A stretch of 39,836 nucleotides of DNA from Fonticula alba ATCC 38817 (lineage: Eukaryota > Protista > Nucleariida). Position numbers and translations under genes: made by a program. Numbering within the stretch: position 1 is the stretch's first letter; every line of letters starts with the position of its first letter. The stretch lies in assembly GCA_000388065.2 (NCBI GenBank), contig KB932202.1, one strand, 5' to 3'. Positions 35,789-39,836 of the stretch are shown here, piece by piece. Below the pieces are notes generated by a model. It was given only the letters and a program-made list of their open reading frames with translations, was not told the DNA's origin and did no database searches.

Positions 35789-38700
35789 TCCAGCAGTCGT
35801 GACGGGAACCAAGCGCACAAAGGGGGCGCGCGCTCACGGTGTGCGTGTCTATGTGTATGCAGGTGGAAGGGGGGTGCGTCCGGATGGGCGATGGGGAGAG
35901 GGAAAGGCAGAGGGGCAAAGACAGGCAGGGAGGAAAAGGGGAGGGCGAGCGGGGGAGGGGGGGTGTTGCGAAAAGGCCGCCTCAGAAAGGTGGCAGCGTG
36001 TTTCAACCGCCCTGGCCTTGCCCCCCTCCTGCCTTGTGAGCGGCACCAGCAAGGGAAAAGGGGGCCAAGTGCGTGTGCCAAATCCGACCTACCAACGCTC
36101 TCGTCGTCCAGGTGCTTGATCGGGCCATGCAGGCTCTGCGATTGCAACGCACCGAATCTACAACAGCAATCTGGAATCCGACGAGAACCTTCGGGAGAAT
36201 GCCATTACGAACACAATTCAGACCCTAGCGACTGGCCCGCGCCAGCCCGCGGGTCTCGGGGCCTTGTGGTTGGTATGCGCGGCGGGGTGCGGCAAGGCGA
36301 GGCGACGGTCCGCCGGGCAGGCAACCTGCAGGCTCGACGCAGGTCCGTTTTCCGGTACAACCTGGGAGCGACGCGAAGTGTGGCTCCAGGCGCACACGTC
36401 CTAGGTCCAGGACCAGCGCGATCGACCGACGTGCCTTGTTATCACCTCGCCAGCCTTTGTCGTCCCCTCGCCCGCCCCCGCGCGCCTTTGTCCCTTCGCC
36501 CCTCTAGGCCTCGTGTGGCCACCCCTGGGCGGCTTTCTGCCAACGTGGATCTGGTACTGTTTTTGCGGCTGTGAACCCTGCACCCGGAGGCCAGTCCACG
36601 CGCGGGGGTACCTGCGCACAAAGGGCGCACAAAAGGGCGGGGCCCGGGGGCCGGCCTTAGCTTTAGAAGGGGCCGTTATGTGCCATGTGGCCCGGGTGGT
36701 TTGTATGGCCATCCGCGAACATTGTTCTCATCCGAGGCAATGGGGGGGGGGGGGGGGCTTGGACGCCCGGGTGCGTCTCCTCTCCGGGGCCCGACCTGGC
36801 ATCCGACTGACAACGTGTTTGGCCTGCGGGTTCTGGGAGGCAGGGAGGGCGGGAAGCGTGCCCTGTATTCGGTGGAGGGGGGGGGGGGGCCTTGTTGTGA
36901 GTGTCCGGGGTGGGGTGGTTGGGCACCCGGAGGGCCCGCAAGAGACCGGGCGGTGTTGGATCTTGCCATGCGGGCGCCCCTGGCCCCGAGGAGGCGCAGG
37001 TGGTCTCTGCCTCATCGTCTGGCTTTCCTCCGCCCCGACCCCGTCCAAAGGAGGGGCCTGTGTGGTGGCCTCCTCCGTGGTGCGCAGAGAGGGGGGGGGG
37101 GGGGGGGCTGGCCGAGGGCCGGGGCCATGCGTCCGAGAGCATGACGGTCGGGAGCCACGCGTGTGGCCGGCTGTGCGCGGTTGAGGGGTCGGTCCAAACT
37201 CGCGCGTATGAGTTTGTCCCCCCCCCCCCCCACACATACACGCAGACCACAAGTGCGCACATGCGCACGCGCACATGCGTAGGCCTGTCGGGCAGTCTCC
37301 TGGTTCGGCTCGGTAAAACTGTCCGTGTCTCGGGGATGAGCCATTTCCGGCCTGGCACTTGCCTCCCCCTCCCCCTCTCGGAGGACGCATGGGGCAGCCG
37401 GGGGAACGGAAGGGTATTGGCGGAACACACGGCAGACGGGACTGGGGCGGAGCAGGGCGGGTGGCCAAGTGGCTGGGTGGTCGGCTGGGGGNNNNNNNNN
37501 NNNNNNNNNNNNNNNNNNNNNNNNNNNNNNNNNNNNNNNNNNNNNNNTAGCGGGGGAGGGGGGGGGCGCGGCAGGGAGAGAGGGAAGGGGGAGGGGAGGA
37601 CCGGGGCAAAAGGAGACGCACAGTACAACACAAAGTGTCGATGTCGGCCTCCCCAGCGGAAGAGCCCCCACGACGGGGCCTAATAAGTCCAGGCCGGTGC
37701 GCGGGCGAGGACCGTGCACCAGGCGCACGGGCGCGCGCACGCGCGCCCACCAGACGGACCCGTCGGTTGCCGCAGTCTGGGAGTAAACAAACCACTCGAC
37801 CGGAAAGAGGGGGGGCGTACCCGGGCGTGAGAGCGGCCAAGACGGGAGCGGGGCCTGCACAGAGGCCCGACGAGACGGGCGCCGTCCGGGGGGGAGAGGG
37901 GGGGGGGGTGCCTTGCCCGGGCGGCGAGGGCAGGGCAGGTGGCGGCAACCTGAGGGGCCCGGGGGCCTCCGACCAAGGGAACAGGCCCGGCAGACTCCGC
38001 GCCCCGGGACCGGACCGCCCGACCGACACGCCGGCCCCCGCCCCCGCCCCAGCCGCGCCCCCCGCCCCCCGTGCTCCCCCCGCCGCCAGACGGCGCTGGG
38101 CGGGAATTCCCCCCCCCCTTCCGGCATCCCGCCCGCGGGGAGAGGGGGGGGGGGGGGAACGGGGTTGTTATTGTTCCCGGAGACGGAAAAGCCCCGGCCA
38201 GGCCCCGGCCCCGGCTCCCGGCCGCGCGCACCCGGCCGGCCACCGGGGCCTTTTTCGGAGCCTGGATGACCGGACACAACTGACGCCGGAACGCATACCT
38301 GCGCTCCTACATCCCCCCCTCCCACACACAAGGGTCACAGACGCCACGGCCATCCGGGGAGCCCGGCGCAGGAGGAGCATTTCTGGGGCCGCATAAAAAA
38401 GACCGGAACTCAAGCCATGCTACGGGGCGGCCCCCGCGCGTGGCCCGCTCTCCCTCGCCCGCCGACCGCCAGCTGCTCGTGGAAGAGCGCCAGCCCACGA
38501 GGGAGGAGGATCGCCCACGCTTACTGGGCCCCGAAAAGATCACAGTGTCCAGGCTATCTAGGCCCGTCTCCCCCCCCCCCCCCTCGCCGGCACATTCACG
38601 ACGTCCGCTCCCCCGGGGGCCCCTCTCTCCGCCCGGCCTGTTGTCGGGTGAAAAGACCGTCCGAGCTGGTATTCGCCCGCTCTCAATGTGGCCGCGAAAT

Positions 38701-39836
38701 ATCAATAGCCCGATTTTCCTGGCATTCATTCGACAAAGCTCGGCCTCGGGCTGGATTTGGGCTCCTTTTGTGCACGTTCCAAATCCCCCCCTCCCCCTCC
38801 GCCGCACTGTCACCCTCCCCCGGGGCCGGCCCCCATTCCGCATGACTACCGGGGGGGGGGGACGGAATAGGCGATTTTGAGCCATTTCCCGGCTCGCCAG
38901 CCGAGCCGCACAGGCCTGGAGCACAAGTGGGTGCGCTTTTCGCACCCCCCCCCCGGACACCCCCTCCCATATCTCGGTACACGATCGCACGTCCTCCCCC
39001 TGCGAGAGAGAGAGTCTTTGCCGCCTCTCTTTCCCCGTCTTCCCCCCCCCCCGCCCGGGAGGGCGACAGCGGCAGCTGCTCGTCCCCCCTCAGGCCATGC
39101 GCATTTTTTAAAGGGGCGCCCGCGCGGCCCGCGCTCATTACCGCCCCGTGAACTTGGGGCGCTTGCATGCCGAACCCCGGGGTCCGGCGGGCTGGCGGGT
39201 CTTTTCGCACACACACTCACGCCCATATTTCGCAGGCCGTGTCTCATCCGCCCAGCAGACGAAGTCGGGTGCCTCCCCTCGCCGGTGCCCCCCCCCCTAA
39301 GCAACCCTCCTCGGCGGGGCTCGCACCCCGGGAGGCAGAGCACGGCTCGAAGAGGGGACACGCATGGTCAACCCTAGAGCGGACGAGCCCTGGGCCGTTA
39401 TGTTGTTTATCACCCACGGACCCGTGCGACCACCGCCCGGAAGCGGGCGTCCCGAAGACAGCCGCCAGCCTGCTGTCCGCCCCCTGGTGCGCCCTGCTGG
39501 GCAGCGCGCATCCGCCCCCGCCCCCCCCCCCTGTGCACTTCCCGCCGGCCCCGAGGGCGGACCCATGACCGGCCGGTTTCCCCGCCCCAGTCCCCAGAAC
39601 AGGGGTGGGACCACCCTCGCCCGGAACCCACGCTAGGCGCACACGAAAGGTCGGGTGGCCCCGCGCTCTTTTTTCCGCCAGTCACCCCGGCACGCCTCGG
39701 CCGATTCCCAGCGACCATCTCCCGTGAAGGGGACGGAGGAGAGGGCAGCCAGCGCGCTTGGGCGCTGTCCTCAAGTGGAGACAATCCTCAATTGATGGCG
39801 CATACATGCTGGGGTCGCCTGTCCCCCCCCCCCCCC

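Overview
This window is eukaryotic, not prokaryotic: GC-rich, intron-dense genomic DNA from a draft assembly with six N gaps. The gene content looks opisthokont-like, and the style resembles a Fonticula-type protist (inference only). I spliced ten protein-coding genes by hand. In order they are: HSPBP1/FES1 Hsp70 nucleotide-exchange factor (+), VPS35 (-), MCM6 (+), a ZIP9-like zinc transporter (-), an RBBP6/Mpe1 homolog (+), a USP25/28-like deubiquitinase (+), SART1/Snu66 (-), a secreted bacterial-type Endonuclease I/Bsn-family nuclease (-), a cold-shock-domain protein with a mitochondrial-type presequence (+), and a METTL6-like tRNA m3C methyltransferase (-). Most long ORFs in the supplied track are antisense shadows or intron read-throughs. 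The most interesting signals are: (1) an intronless, bacterial-like secreted nuclease embedded in host-type DNA, a candidate horizontal transfer; (2) a divergently transcribed cold-shock protein that appears mitochondrion-targeted; (3) an RBBP6/Mpe1 that has lost its CCHC zinc knuckle but kept the flanking motifs; (4) a 5' splice-site consensus dominated by C at +4 (GTRCGY; 32 of 41 introns by my tally), which predicts unusual U6/U1 or METTL16 biology. I found no rRNA, tRNA, CRISPR array or mobile element that I could support.
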